In this document: positions 17,572 through 27,586 of the stretch, in pieces | How the letters are laid out: each line of letters starts with the position of its first letter | How positions within the stretch are numbered: the stretch's first letter is position 1 | Assembly (NCBI GenBank): GCA_041582955.1 | Contig: JBFHGV010000001.1 | Coordinates: forward strand, 1-41,157 | Length of the DNA: 41,157 nt | From: Arenibacter sp. | GTDB taxonomy: Bacteria; Bacteroidota; Bacteroidia; Flavobacteriales; Flavobacteriaceae | Direction: 5' to 3' | Translations under genes and position numbers: made by a program | The notes under the pieces: model-generated | Told to the model about the DNA's origin: nothing | Databases searched by the model: none | Seen by the model: only the letters and a program-made list of their open reading frames with translations

Positions 17572-18939
17572 ATGAGATTAACTATAATTATGGTCGTTGC
17601 TATCCTATTACATGGTTGCAACGGCCAAAAAAAATCAAATGATAAAAATATAGAAAAGACTGATAATGTCATAGCAGAAGGTGCCACAGATATTGAACTT
17701 TTGGATAAGGTTCAAAAACAGACTTTCGATTATTTTTGGGAAGGTGCCGAGCCTAACTCGGGATTGGCCAGGGAGCGTATCCATATGGACAATATTTACC
17801 CTTCCCATGATAAGGATATCATTACCATTGGAGGTTCCGGATTTGGACTGATGGCTATATTGGTTGGAGTGGAACGAGGATTCATTACCCAGGAACAGGC
17901 AACGGAACGCTACGTGCGCATATTGGATTTTTTGGAAAAGGCAGATCGTTTTCACGGTGCTTGGCCCCATTGGTTAAACCCAGATGGAGCTACAGCACCT
18001 TTTAGTAAAAAAGATGATGGGGGAGATCTTGTGGAATCGGCATTTTTGATTCAAGGTTTGTTAACAGTAAAGGAATTTTATGATAGTCGGGGAACTACAA
18101 TGGAGGAAAAATCCATAAGTACTAGAATTCAAAAATTATGGGAAGAAGTAGAATGGGACTGGTATACCAAAGGGGGGGAAGATGTTTTATATTGGCATTG
18201 GTCCCCAAATCATGGTTGGGAAATGAATTTTCCTGTTGGAGGATACAATGAAGCCCTGATCATGTATGTATTGGCAGCGGCATCACCAACACACCCCATT
18301 GATAGAGACGTTTATGACAAAGGTTGGGCGCTTAAAGGTGAAATTACCAAGGATACAGTTTACTACGGTCTTGAGACGGAATTAAATCATTACGAGCATG
18401 ACAAGTCGCCAGTTGGTCCTTTGTTCTGGGCGCACTATTCCTATTTAGGGTTAAACCCTAAGGGATTAAAAGATAAATATGCCGATTATTGGAAATTGAA
18501 CAGGAACCATGCCATGATCCATTACAAGCATGCCGTGGCCAATCCCAATAATTTCAAAGGGTATGGAGAGAATTTGTGGGGACAGACATCAAGCTACTCT
18601 ATGAATGGATATGCGGGCCACAGACCAGATAAGGATCTAGGAGTAATTTCTCCAACAGCAGCCTTGTCCTCCATGCCCTATACTCCCCAGGAAAGTACAC
18701 GTTTTTTGCGTTATATGTATCAGGAACAGGATTCCTTGATCGGTAAATATGGGCCTTATGATGCCTTTAGTTTGGAACTTAACTGGAGCCTTCCCAGATA
18801 CTTGGCCATTGATCAGGGACCAATACCTGTTATGATCGAAAATTATAGGTCTGGCATGCTTTGGACCCTTTTTATGAAAAACCAGGAAGTCCAAGCAGGA
18901 TTGCGAAAATTGGGATTTGAGGTCACCCTTTCCCAGTAA
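17572..18939 (+). CDS. GH144 beta-1,2-glucanase-family ('glucoamylase-like') lipoprotein
   Basis: Lipobox 'LLHGC'; 'SGLARER', 'GGSGFG', 'ADRFHGAWPHW', 'GGDLVESAF', 'LYWHWSP', 'YNEALIMY', 'YLAIDQGP'. Confidence 0.9.
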   Translation: MRLTIIMVVAILLHGCNGQKKSNDKNIEKTDNVIAEGATDIELLDKVQKQTFDYFWEGAEPNSGLARERIHMDNIYPSHDKDIITIGGSGFGLMAILVGVERGFITQEQATERYVRILDFLEKADRFHGAWPHWLNPDGATAPFSKKDDGGDLVESAFLIQGLLTVKEFYDSRGTTMEEKSISTRIQKLWEEVEWDWYTKGGEDVLYWHWSPNHGWEMNFPVGGYNEALIMYVLAAASPTHPIDRDVYDKGWALKGEITKDTVYYGLETELNHYEHDKSPVGPLFWAHYSYLGLNPKGLKDKYADYWKLNRNHAMIHYKHAVANPNNFKGYGENLWGQTSSYSMNGYAGHRPDKDLGVISPTAALSSMPYTPQESTRFLRYMYQEQDSLIGKYGPYDAFSLELNWSLPRYLAIDQGPIPVMIENYRSGMLWTLFMKNQEVQAGLRKLGFEVTLSQ

Positions 18940-19105
18940 TCTGCTTGGTTGACGGTTTTCAAGTACGTTGATGGCCTATATACATTAAATACCCATACGG
19001 TTGCTTAGTGGTGTATGCCTTGATTCTTATAACCGGCTAAACGGTATCGCAACATCTCTAAAAAAACGAGGGCGTAATAGCAGTAGCCGATAAAGAAAAG
19101 CTAAA

Positions 19106-20488
19106 ATGAGAAGTGTTTTTATAATCTTAATGATGGTTCTATCTTTTTCTTGCTCAGGAGATGATGTAACCGGACCAACAGGTGAATCGCAATTATCCGA
19201 TCCACCTATGACAGAACAACCCGAGCCGGAAGAGATTTCGGATGAGGAATTGATGGAGCTTACCCAAAGGGAAACCTTTAGGTATTTCTGGGATTTTGCG
19301 GAAGTTAACTCCGGTTGTGCCAGGGAGCGGTATCATCCGGATAGTCCCAAGAATGATGCCAATACCGTTGCCATAGGAGGAACCGGTTTTGGACTTATGG
19401 CCATTTTGGTGGCCATAGAACGTAGATATGTGTCTAGGGAAGAGGCAGTTATTCGTTTGCAAAAGATGTTGGGTTTTCTAGAGAATGCCGATCGATTCCA
19501 TGGGGCTTGGCCCCATTGGCTAAATGGTAATACTGGTAAAGTAAAACCCTTTAGCGCAATGGACAATGGAGGTGATTTGGTGGAAACAGCTTTTTTGGTT
19601 CAAGGCCTCATTTGTGTAAAGGAGTATTTCAAAAATGGGACTCAGACCGAAATAGATTTGGCGACCAAAGCCGATGCCTTGTGGAAAGGGGTGGAATGGA
19701 ATTGGTACACCCAGAATCACAACGTCCTTTACTGGCATTGGAGCCCTGATAACCAATTCGCAATTAATCTTCAGCTAAAAGGATATAATGAAACTTTGGT
19801 TACCTATATACTGGCTGCCGCTTCTCCCGATTATTCCATATCCAAGGAAGTATATAATAATGGTTGGGCATCCAATGGCGATGTAAAATCCAATATATCC
19901 GCATACAATTATCCATTGTTGGTAAAACATGCTGGTTCCGAATCCTATGGAGGACCCTTGTTCTTTTCGCATTACTCCTTTTTGGGTCTAAATCCAATTG
20001 GGCTTAAAGACGAGTTCGTGGATTATGGTGCGGTAAGTATCAATCACGCCATTATCAACTATCGCTATGCGGTGGAGAACCCTAAGAATTATCTGGGCTA
20101 TAGCACTGAATGTTGGGGTTTAACCGCTAGTTATTCTAGAAATTCAGATGGTAGCCTAGGGTATAATGCCCATTCACCTGCTAATGATGTGGGTGTTATT
20201 TCCCCCACGGCGGCTATAAGCTCCATTCCCTACACACCCACAGAATCGCTAGGGGCCATGCAGTATTTTTATCAGAACAAGGATAAATTATTAGGTCCTG
20301 CCGGATTCTATGACGCTTTTAGCCCACAGCATAATTATTGGGTTGCCGATGTATATTTGGCCATAGATCAGGGGCCACAGATTGTTATGATCGAAAATTA
20401 TAGAACAGGTTTATTGTGGAACCTTTTTATGCAGAATGAAGATGTCAAAGTGGGTTTAACCAAACTTGGATTTACTTATGGGAATTAA
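19106..20488 (+). CDS. Second GH144 beta-1,2-glucanase-family lipoprotein
   Basis: Lipobox 'LSFSC'; same motif series as 17572-18939 (ADRFHGAWPHW, GDLVETAF, LYWHWSP, YNETLVTY, YLAIDQGP). Confidence 0.9.
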   Translation: MRSVFIILMMVLSFSCSGDDVTGPTGESQLSDPPMTEQPEPEEISDEELMELTQRETFRYFWDFAEVNSGCARERYHPDSPKNDANTVAIGGTGFGLMAILVAIERRYVSREEAVIRLQKMLGFLENADRFHGAWPHWLNGNTGKVKPFSAMDNGGDLVETAFLVQGLICVKEYFKNGTQTEIDLATKADALWKGVEWNWYTQNHNVLYWHWSPDNQFAINLQLKGYNETLVTYILAAASPDYSISKEVYNNGWASNGDVKSNISAYNYPLLVKHAGSESYGGPLFFSHYSFLGLNPIGLKDEFVDYGAVSINHAIINYRYAVENPKNYLGYSTECWGLTASYSRNSDGSLGYNAHSPANDVGVISPTAAISSIPYTPTESLGAMQYFYQNKDKLLGPAGFYDAFSPQHNYWVADVYLAIDQGPQIVMIENYRTGLLWNLFMQNEDVKVGLTKLGFTYGN

Positions 20489-21266
20489 GCAGATTATTCT
20501 ATGGTTCTTTATTGCATTGGGCACCCCGGTGATGTACGGGCAAAGCAATATGTACAATTCAGAATTTTATGGAAAAGGCTCTGATACCTTGCACTATCGA
20601 ATACTGTATCCGAAAAATTTCTCCTCCTTGAAACAGTATCCTGTGGTCCTCTTTTTACATGGGGCCGGGGAAAGGGGTAATGATAATGAAAAACAGCTGA
20701 TCCATGGTAGTACTTTATTTTCTGGCGATAAGAATAGGGAAAAATTTCCAGCTATAGTAATTTTTCCACAATGCCCTACGGATGACTATTGGTCGAGTGT
20801 CCAGGTAGATAGAAAAACCCAACCCGTTGGCTTAAGTTTTGAATACGGGAAGGGACCTACCAAAGCTCTTGGTCTTACTATGGCCTTAATGGATTCGATA
20901 GTTGAAGAATCCCACATAAAAAGGGACCAAGTTTATGTTATGGGACTGTCAATGGGTGGTATGGGTACTTTTGAAATACTATATAGAAAACCGGGGATGT
21001 TCGCAGGAGCCATTCCAATATGTGGAGGTGGGGATACCGAAGCGGCAAAGGTCTTTGCCGATAAGGTTCCTTTGTGGATGTTTCATGGAGCACAGGATAA
21101 TGTGGTAGACCCGCAGTTGTCTTTGGATATGACCTCCCAAATTATAGAATATGGGGGGCATCCAAACTTAACCATTTTTGGAGATGCCAACCACAACAGT
21201 TGGGATTCGGCTTTCGCTGAGCCTGATTTATTGCCTTGGTTGTTTTCACTCAAACGATTTGAATAG
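20478..21266 (+). CDS. Alpha/beta-hydrolase esterase (phospholipase/carboxylesterase, S9-like), exported
   Basis: 'LFLHGAGERG', nucleophile 'GLSMGG', 'FHGAQDNVV', 'HNSW'. Signal peptide from ATG 20478, which overlaps the upstream stop. Confidence 0.88.
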   Translation: MGIKQIILWFFIALGTPVMYGQSNMYNSEFYGKGSDTLHYRILYPKNFSSLKQYPVVLFLHGAGERGNDNEKQLIHGSTLFSGDKNREKFPAIVIFPQCPTDDYWSSVQVDRKTQPVGLSFEYGKGPTKALGLTMALMDSIVEESHIKRDQVYVMGLSMGGMGTFEILYRKPGMFAGAIPICGGGDTEAAKVFADKVPLWMFHGAQDNVVDPQLSLDMTSQIIEYGGHPNLTIFGDANHNSWDSAFAEPDLLPWLFSLKRFE

Positions 21267-21316
21267 AGAACGGCCAAAGAATTTTGCAGTCATGAATTTG
21301 CATAAAACGGAACCAG

Positions 21317-23122
21317 ATGAAAATTTTAAAAAATATAATTGCAACAGCGGTTTTACTATTTAGTGTAATAATTTATTCACAGGAAGTGGTTCCGGAAACT
21401 TATATCAATCCTCTGGATATTGACTATACCTATATGGTTTATAATTCCAGTAGGAATATTTCCTACCGGTCCGGTGCAGATCCCGCAGTAATTGAATTTC
21501 GTGGGGAATACTACATGTTTGTCACTCGGTCTTTTGGTTATTGGCATTCAACCGATTTGATCAACTGGGAATTTATTAAACCTAAACAATGGTTTTTCGA
21601 GGGTTCCAATGCCCCGACCGCATTTAATTATAAAGATTCGCTGGTATATTTTGCTGGTGATCCCGCAGGTTACGGAAGTATTCTTTATACCGATGACCCC
21701 AAAAAAGGGGAGTGGACACCTACCGCGTCTATTACCAAAAACATCCAAGATTCGGAGTTGTTTATTGACGACGACGGAAAAACTTATCTGTATTGGGGCT
21801 CGTCTAACAAATATCCACTTCGTGTGAAAATGGTAAATAAGGACGATCGTTTTCTTGAAACCGGCGTTGAGAAAGAACTTTTCAATTTGGTTGAAGAGGA
21901 ACATGGTTGGGAACGTTTTGGCGAAAATAATTACCATCCAACCTTAAAGGAAGGATACATGGAAGGAGCTTCGATCACCAAACACCACGGGAAATACTAT
22001 TTACAGTATGCAGCGCCCGGGACACAATTTAATGTGTATGCCGATGGTACTTATATTGGTGAAACCCCCTTGGGTCCTTTTACTTACATGAAAAATAATC
22101 CGATGAGTTTTAAGCCTGGCGGTTTTGCTAATGGGGCAGGCCATGGTATTACCGTGAAACAAACCAATGGCCAATACTGGCATTTTGCCACCGTTGCATT
22201 GGCATCAAATTCTCATTGGGAACGTCGTCTGGCCATGTTCCCCACCTATTTCGATGATGAAGGATTAATGTATTCCAACACCAGCTATGGCGATTACCCC
22301 TTATTCGGGCCAAATCATCCAACAAAAGCAGGACAGCATAGTGGCTGGATGCTGCTTTCTTACAAAGGAAAAATAACGGTTTCATCTTCAAAAATGCAGG
22401 TGAAAAAAAGTACTTCTACCGATGATGATTATGACATCACCGAAATGTCACTTGAAAGGAATAGCGAAGGTGAAATTATTTCGAAACTCTTAACTGATGA
22501 AAGCCCGAAATCTTTTTGGGTTGCTGAATCCAATGATGATGAGCAATGGGTTAAGATCGAAATGCTTTCACCTGGAAATATTTATGCTTTTCAATTGAAT
22601 TTTCATGATCATGAATCGGGCATTTATACCCGTACTGAAGGTCTACGACATCGATTTACTCTGGAGGTTTCAGAGGATGGAAAAAACTGGGAAACTGTTG
22701 TAGACAGAAGCGGGAGTTATAAAGATGCGCCAAATGCCTACATCCCCCTAAATCAACCTGTACGAGGAAAATACGTACGCTTCAATAATGTGGAGGTTCC
22801 GGGGAAGAACCTAGGATTATCAGAAATAAGGGTATTTGGAAAAGGTTTAGGAAAGAAACCGGAAAGGGTGAATGGATTTAAAGTAACCAGGCAGGAAGAC
22901 AGAAGAGATGCCTCTATTACCTGGAACCCGGTGAAAGGAGCACAGGGTTACAATATCCGATGGGGTATCGAACCTGATAAATTATACCACTCCTGGTTGA
23001 TTTATGATGTGAACGAACATTTTATGCGCAACCTCGATCGCGATACGCGATATTATTTTAGTATAGAAGCATTTAATGAAAATGGGATTTCAGATAAAAC
23101 TGAGGTACAGGAAGTGAAATAA
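21317..23122 (+). CDS. GH43 glycoside hydrolase with F5/8 (CBM32-like) and Fn3 C-terminal domains
   Basis: 'YRSGADPAVI', 'DSELFIDDDGKTYLYWG', 'YMEGA', 'GAGHG'; then 'LEVSEDGKNW...GKYVRF' and Fn3 'ITWNPVKGAQGYNIRWG...YFSIEAFN'. Confidence 0.88.
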   Translation: MKILKNIIATAVLLFSVIIYSQEVVPETYINPLDIDYTYMVYNSSRNISYRSGADPAVIEFRGEYYMFVTRSFGYWHSTDLINWEFIKPKQWFFEGSNAPTAFNYKDSLVYFAGDPAGYGSILYTDDPKKGEWTPTASITKNIQDSELFIDDDGKTYLYWGSSNKYPLRVKMVNKDDRFLETGVEKELFNLVEEEHGWERFGENNYHPTLKEGYMEGASITKHHGKYYLQYAAPGTQFNVYADGTYIGETPLGPFTYMKNNPMSFKPGGFANGAGHGITVKQTNGQYWHFATVALASNSHWERRLAMFPTYFDDEGLMYSNTSYGDYPLFGPNHPTKAGQHSGWMLLSYKGKITVSSSKMQVKKSTSTDDDYDITEMSLERNSEGEIISKLLTDESPKSFWVAESNDDEQWVKIEMLSPGNIYAFQLNFHDHESGIYTRTEGLRHRFTLEVSEDGKNWETVVDRSGSYKDAPNAYIPLNQPVRGKYVRFNNVEVPGKNLGLSEIRVFGKGLGKKPERVNGFKVTRQEDRRDASITWNPVKGAQGYNIRWGIEPDKLYHSWLIYDVNEHFMRNLDRDTRYYFSIEAFNENGISDKTEVQEVK

Positions 23123-23162
23123 AGAAAATAACGCATCAATTTTTTAAATTATAACTAATAAG

Positions 23163-25430
23163 ATGAGAAGATTTAATCTGTCTGTCGCTGTGCTATTTTT
23201 CACAGGGCTTTCAAGTCTACAAGCACAAGAAAATATCCCCTTCGTGGAAGAGCTGTTGCGGAAAATGACCGTAGAAGAAAAGATTGGACAGTTAAACCTA
23301 TTGACCCCAGGGGGTGGTGTTGCCACAGGCGCAGTAGTCAGTGAAAATGTGGAAGCCAAGATTAAGGCAGGTCAGGTAGGCGGACTCTTTGGGGTGGCCG
23401 GACCGGAAAGGATAAAGATGGCGCAGGATTATGCTACCAAAGATACCCGTTTAAAAATACCCTTGCTATTTGGTTCCGATGTTATCCACGGCTATAAAAC
23501 CACTTTTCCTATTTCTTTAGGGCTTGCGGCGAGTTGGGATATGGAGCTGATAGAAAAAACGGCAAGGATTGCTGCCAAGGAAGCGACGGCAGACGGAATT
23601 AACTGGAATTTCTCCCCTATGGTAGACTTAGCCAGAGACCCCAGATGGGGCCGTATTGCCGAAGGAGCTGGAGAAGATCCTTATTTGGGATCTGCCATTG
23701 CCCAAGCAATGGTAAAAGGCTATCAGGGAAGCGATCTTACCCAGCCTAATACTATGTTGGCCACCGTAAAACACATGGCCCTCTATGGAGCTTCTGAGGG
23801 AGGCCGCGATTACAATTCCGTGGATATGGGGAAGGTGAAGATGTACAACGAATATTTACCGCCTTATAAAGCAGCAATCGATGCAGGTGCTTCTAGTGTA
23901 ATGACCTCTTTTAACGATGTGGACGGTATACCAGCCTCCGGGAATAAATGGCTGTTGACAGAGCTACTAAGGGAGCAGTGGGGTTTTAATGGATTTGTTG
24001 TGTCCGATTATACCTCTGTTAATGAAATGATTGCCCATGGACTGGGAGATTTACAGGCCGTATCTGCCTTAGCCCTTAATGCCGGTTTGGATATGGATAT
24101 GGTGGGAGAAGGCTTCTTAACTACCTTGAAAAAATCCTTGGAAGAAGGGAAGGTGACCGAAGAACAGATTACACAAGCCTGTCGCAGGGTGCTAGAAGCA
24201 AAGTATAAGTTGGGGCTCTTTGAGGATCCCTATCGGTATAGCCACCCACAAAGACCTGCCAAAGATATCCTGAGCCTAGAGAACCGAAAAGTGGCACGGG
24301 CCGCTGCGGCACGTTCTTTTGTACTTTTAAAGAATCACAATGAACTTCTTCCTCTAAAAAAAGAAATGAAAATTGCCATTATAGGGCCCTTGGCAAATAA
24401 TAAGAACAATATGTTGGGAACCTGGGCACCTACGGGCGACCCGCAATTGTCGGTTCCTATCCTAGACGGATTAAAATCGGTGGCCCCAAGGGCTACCATC
24501 GGTTACGCAAAAGGCGCCAATATTTCGGACGACCCAGAATTGGCGAAAAAGGTAAACGTATTTGGTCCCAGAATAGAGATCGATGCCCGTACGCCAGAAG
24601 AGATGCTCCAGGAAGCCTTGGATCTGGCCAATACCTCCGACGTAGTAGTGGCCGTAGTGGGAGAGGCTACTGAAATGAGTGGGGAAGCGGCCAGTAGAAC
24701 CGATCTTTCCATACCAGAAAGTCAGAAGAAATTGATCCGCGCCCTAGTAGCTACTGGGAAGCCCGTGGCCCTAGTGCTAATGAGCGGACGCCCGTTGACC
24801 ATCCCCGAAGAATTGGCACTGCCAGTGAGCATTTTGCAAGTATGGCACCCTGGGGTAGAGGCTGGGAATGCCGTGGCCGATGTGCTGTTTGGGGATTACA
24901 ATCCGTCCGGAAAGCTTACCGCTACCTGGCCCGTGAACGTAGGACAGATCCCTATTTATTACAGTAGGAAAAATACAGGTAGGCCGGCAACTTCAGAAAG
25001 TTTTCAGAAATTCCAATCCAATTATCTGGATGCACCCAATGCCCCCTTGCTGCCCTTTGGGTACGGGCTGAGTTATACCCAGTTTCAATATTCCAATCCC
25101 AAGGTAGATAAAGCAGAGATTGGCCAGGGCGAAGGGGTCCGCATTTCCGTAACCCTAAAGAATATTGGTAATTACGATGGGGAGGAAGTGGTACAACTCT
25201 ACCTCAGAGACGTGGTAAGGAGTATTACACCCCCCATGCGAGAGCTTAAAGGGTTTAAAAAAGTATTCCTTAAAAAAGGGGAATCCAAAGAGGTTACTTT
25301 AACCCTACAACCCGATGATCTAAAATTCTATAACAGCCAATTGGAATTTGTTTCAGAACCAGGGGAATTTGGGGTCTATATCGGTACGGATTCCAAGGCA
25401 ACGGAAAAAGTAACTTTTAAATTAAAATAA
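23163..25430 (+). CDS. bglX: GH3 beta-glucosidase (BglX-type)
   Basis: 'DVIHG', 'RDPRWGR', 'KHMALYG', 'GFVVSDY' nucleophile, 'GEATEMSGEAASR', Fn3-like 'EVVQLY...ELKGFKKV'. Confidence 0.95.
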   Translation: MRRFNLSVAVLFFTGLSSLQAQENIPFVEELLRKMTVEEKIGQLNLLTPGGGVATGAVVSENVEAKIKAGQVGGLFGVAGPERIKMAQDYATKDTRLKIPLLFGSDVIHGYKTTFPISLGLAASWDMELIEKTARIAAKEATADGINWNFSPMVDLARDPRWGRIAEGAGEDPYLGSAIAQAMVKGYQGSDLTQPNTMLATVKHMALYGASEGGRDYNSVDMGKVKMYNEYLPPYKAAIDAGASSVMTSFNDVDGIPASGNKWLLTELLREQWGFNGFVVSDYTSVNEMIAHGLGDLQAVSALALNAGLDMDMVGEGFLTTLKKSLEEGKVTEEQITQACRRVLEAKYKLGLFEDPYRYSHPQRPAKDILSLENRKVARAAAARSFVLLKNHNELLPLKKEMKIAIIGPLANNKNNMLGTWAPTGDPQLSVPILDGLKSVAPRATIGYAKGANISDDPELAKKVNVFGPRIEIDARTPEEMLQEALDLANTSDVVVAVVGEATEMSGEAASRTDLSIPESQKKLIRALVATGKPVALVLMSGRPLTIPEELALPVSILQVWHPGVEAGNAVADVLFGDYNPSGKLTATWPVNVGQIPIYYSRKNTGRPATSESFQKFQSNYLDAPNAPLLPFGYGLSYTQFQYSNPKVDKAEIGQGEGVRISVTLKNIGNYDGEEVVQLYLRDVVRSITPPMRELKGFKKVFLKKGESKEVTLTLQPDDLKFYNSQLEFVSEPGEFGVYIGTDSKATEKVTFKLK

Positions 25431-25470
25431 AGCTTAAAACTTATCTATAGCGACCAAAATCAAATAGAAT

Positions 25471-27108
25471 ATGCACCATTTAAGTAAATTATTGCTTTTG
25501 CTTAGTATCCTATTTGGGGTATCATGCAAATCGGAAAAACCTGGTAATCCCATAGAAAATAAAAGGCCCAACATCCTTTTCATTATGGCCGATGACCATG
25601 CTATCCAGGCTCTTAGTGCCTATGGGCATCCCATAGGGAAATTAGCGCCCACCCCCAATATAGATAAGCTTGCCAAAGGAGGAGCCCTCTTTACCCATAG
25701 CTATGTAACCAACTCCATTTGCGGCCCTAGCAGGGCGGTGATATTAACGGGAAAACACAGTCATATCAACGGGTTTAGGCAAAATGGCGACCGTTTTGAT
25801 GGGAGTCATCCTACCCTGCCAAAGATGTTGCAACAGGCAGGTTATCAGACTGCCCTCTTGGGGAAGTGGCATTTGCACGGATACCCGGAGGGTTTTGATT
25901 ATTGGAATATATTAGTGGACCAAGGTAATTATTACAACCCTGATTTCATTGAAAATGGAGATACCACCAGGATACAGGGATACGCTACGGATATCATTAC
26001 CCATGATACCTTGGATTGGCTAAAAACCAAACGGAAGGATAGTATACCTTTTTTTCTAATGGTACAGCACAAGGCTCCGCATAGGAATTGGATGCCGGCT
26101 TTGCGACATGTCAATAAATATGATTCGGTTCAATTTCCCATGCCAGACTCTTATTTTCCTACTTTCAATAACCAACAGGCGGCCGAGGAACAGCTACAGA
26201 ATATCTACCGAGATATGTATGAGGGGCACGACCTTAAGATGTCTGTGGAATATGGGAGTACGGAACTGGCCCACAATCCTTGGAAAACCGATTTTGAACG
26301 AATGAGCCCCGAGCAACGTAGCGCATGGGATGCTGGCTACTTGCCCAAGAATAATGCTTTTCACAAGGCGAAATTAAAGGGGAAGGAGTTGGCCAAATGG
26401 AAGGGACAGCGCTATTTGCAGGATTATATGGCCACCATTGCTTCCGTAGATGAAGGCGTGGGGGAGCTTATGGCGTATTTGGAGGAAAATGGCTTGATAG
26501 ATAACACCTTGGTAGTCTATACCTCCGATCAAGGATTTTATCTAGGGGAAAACGGGTGGTTCGACAAACGGTTTATGTACGAGCCCTCCTTTGGGACTCC
26601 CTTGGTGATGCAGTGGCCCGGGCATATATCTCCAGGAAAAAGGGTGGATGCACTGGTGCAGAATCTGGACTTTGCACCCACCTTTTTGGAGGTGGCCGGG
26701 GTACCGGAGTTGGGAGCGGAAATGCAGGGGGAATCTTTTCTGGGACTCTTAAACGGGAGTCAGGATCAGGCAGATTTTAGGGAGGTAATTTACTATCATT
26801 ATTATGATTACCCCGCCTTTCATATGGTGAAGAAACATTATGGAATACGTACGCAACGCTATAAATTGATGCATTTTTATGACGATATTGATCAATGGGA
26901 ATTATATGACCTGGAAAAGGACCCACTAGAACAACACAATCTAATTGAAGATAGGCTATATAGTGATGTATTAATTGAAATGCACCGAAAATTGGACAGT
27001 ATTCAGAAATTTTATCGGCTTACGGATCAAGAATTTCTCAATGCTCCTAAAGAAAAAGTGGAAAACGCCGATAAGTTATTTGAAAGACTTAGGGGCTTGG
27101 ATAATTGA
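25471..27108 (+). CDS. Formylglycine-dependent (S1) sulfatase, Cys-type, lipoprotein
   Basis: Lipobox 'FGVSC'; 'RPNILFIMADDH', 'CGPSRAVILTG', 'GKWHL', 'YTSDQGFYLGE', 'DKRFMYE'. Confidence 0.93.
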   Translation: MHHLSKLLLLLSILFGVSCKSEKPGNPIENKRPNILFIMADDHAIQALSAYGHPIGKLAPTPNIDKLAKGGALFTHSYVTNSICGPSRAVILTGKHSHINGFRQNGDRFDGSHPTLPKMLQQAGYQTALLGKWHLHGYPEGFDYWNILVDQGNYYNPDFIENGDTTRIQGYATDIITHDTLDWLKTKRKDSIPFFLMVQHKAPHRNWMPALRHVNKYDSVQFPMPDSYFPTFNNQQAAEEQLQNIYRDMYEGHDLKMSVEYGSTELAHNPWKTDFERMSPEQRSAWDAGYLPKNNAFHKAKLKGKELAKWKGQRYLQDYMATIASVDEGVGELMAYLEENGLIDNTLVVYTSDQGFYLGENGWFDKRFMYEPSFGTPLVMQWPGHISPGKRVDALVQNLDFAPTFLEVAGVPELGAEMQGESFLGLLNGSQDQADFREVIYYHYYDYPAFHMVKKHYGIRTQRYKLMHFYDDIDQWELYDLEKDPLEQHNLIEDRLYSDVLIEMHRKLDSIQKFYRLTDQEFLNAPKEKVENADKLFERLRGLDN

Positions 27109-27586
27109 TACAATAGTAACTACTGTTGACAAGTGCAATAATGGCCAATAAATTAGTTCTTCCTTTTTTGATATTTTCCCAGTTATGTAATCCATTATTT
27201 CTAAAGAAGGAAAACGTAGCCTAAAGTTTATTACTGGCACCCATACTTTGATCAATACAAAATATGGACACATAAGGCTATTATATGCCCAATTCGGATT
27301 TTATGGAGTTGTATATACGTCTTGCCAATTTTGAGTCTGCTCTGAAAAATTTAATAGGAAGCCGATCACGGTGTGCAGGTGACGCTCGCCACTTTTATAA
27401 TTTCCATCCCCGAGCACCGATATTAAAACTTAATAAGAAATAAACCAATATACTTACCAAGTAATCCCTATTGGCATTTCGCATGCTATACGGGCCTATC
27501 ACCATAATTGTTGAGTAGGATCCGTACAAGCATCCGTATTAAGACCAAGAATGATCAATAGATTTGAAACAATTAATTATTGGCCT

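Noticed and set aside
11215-25430. Laminarin (beta-1,3-glucan) or starch PUL
   Set aside because: No GH16, GH17, GH30 or GH13 motifs; the 'glucoamylase-like' genes carry GH144 motifs.
27110-27560. Possible gene remnant between the sulfatase and the pseudogene
   Set aside because: Frames examined are short and stop-rich with no recognisable motif.
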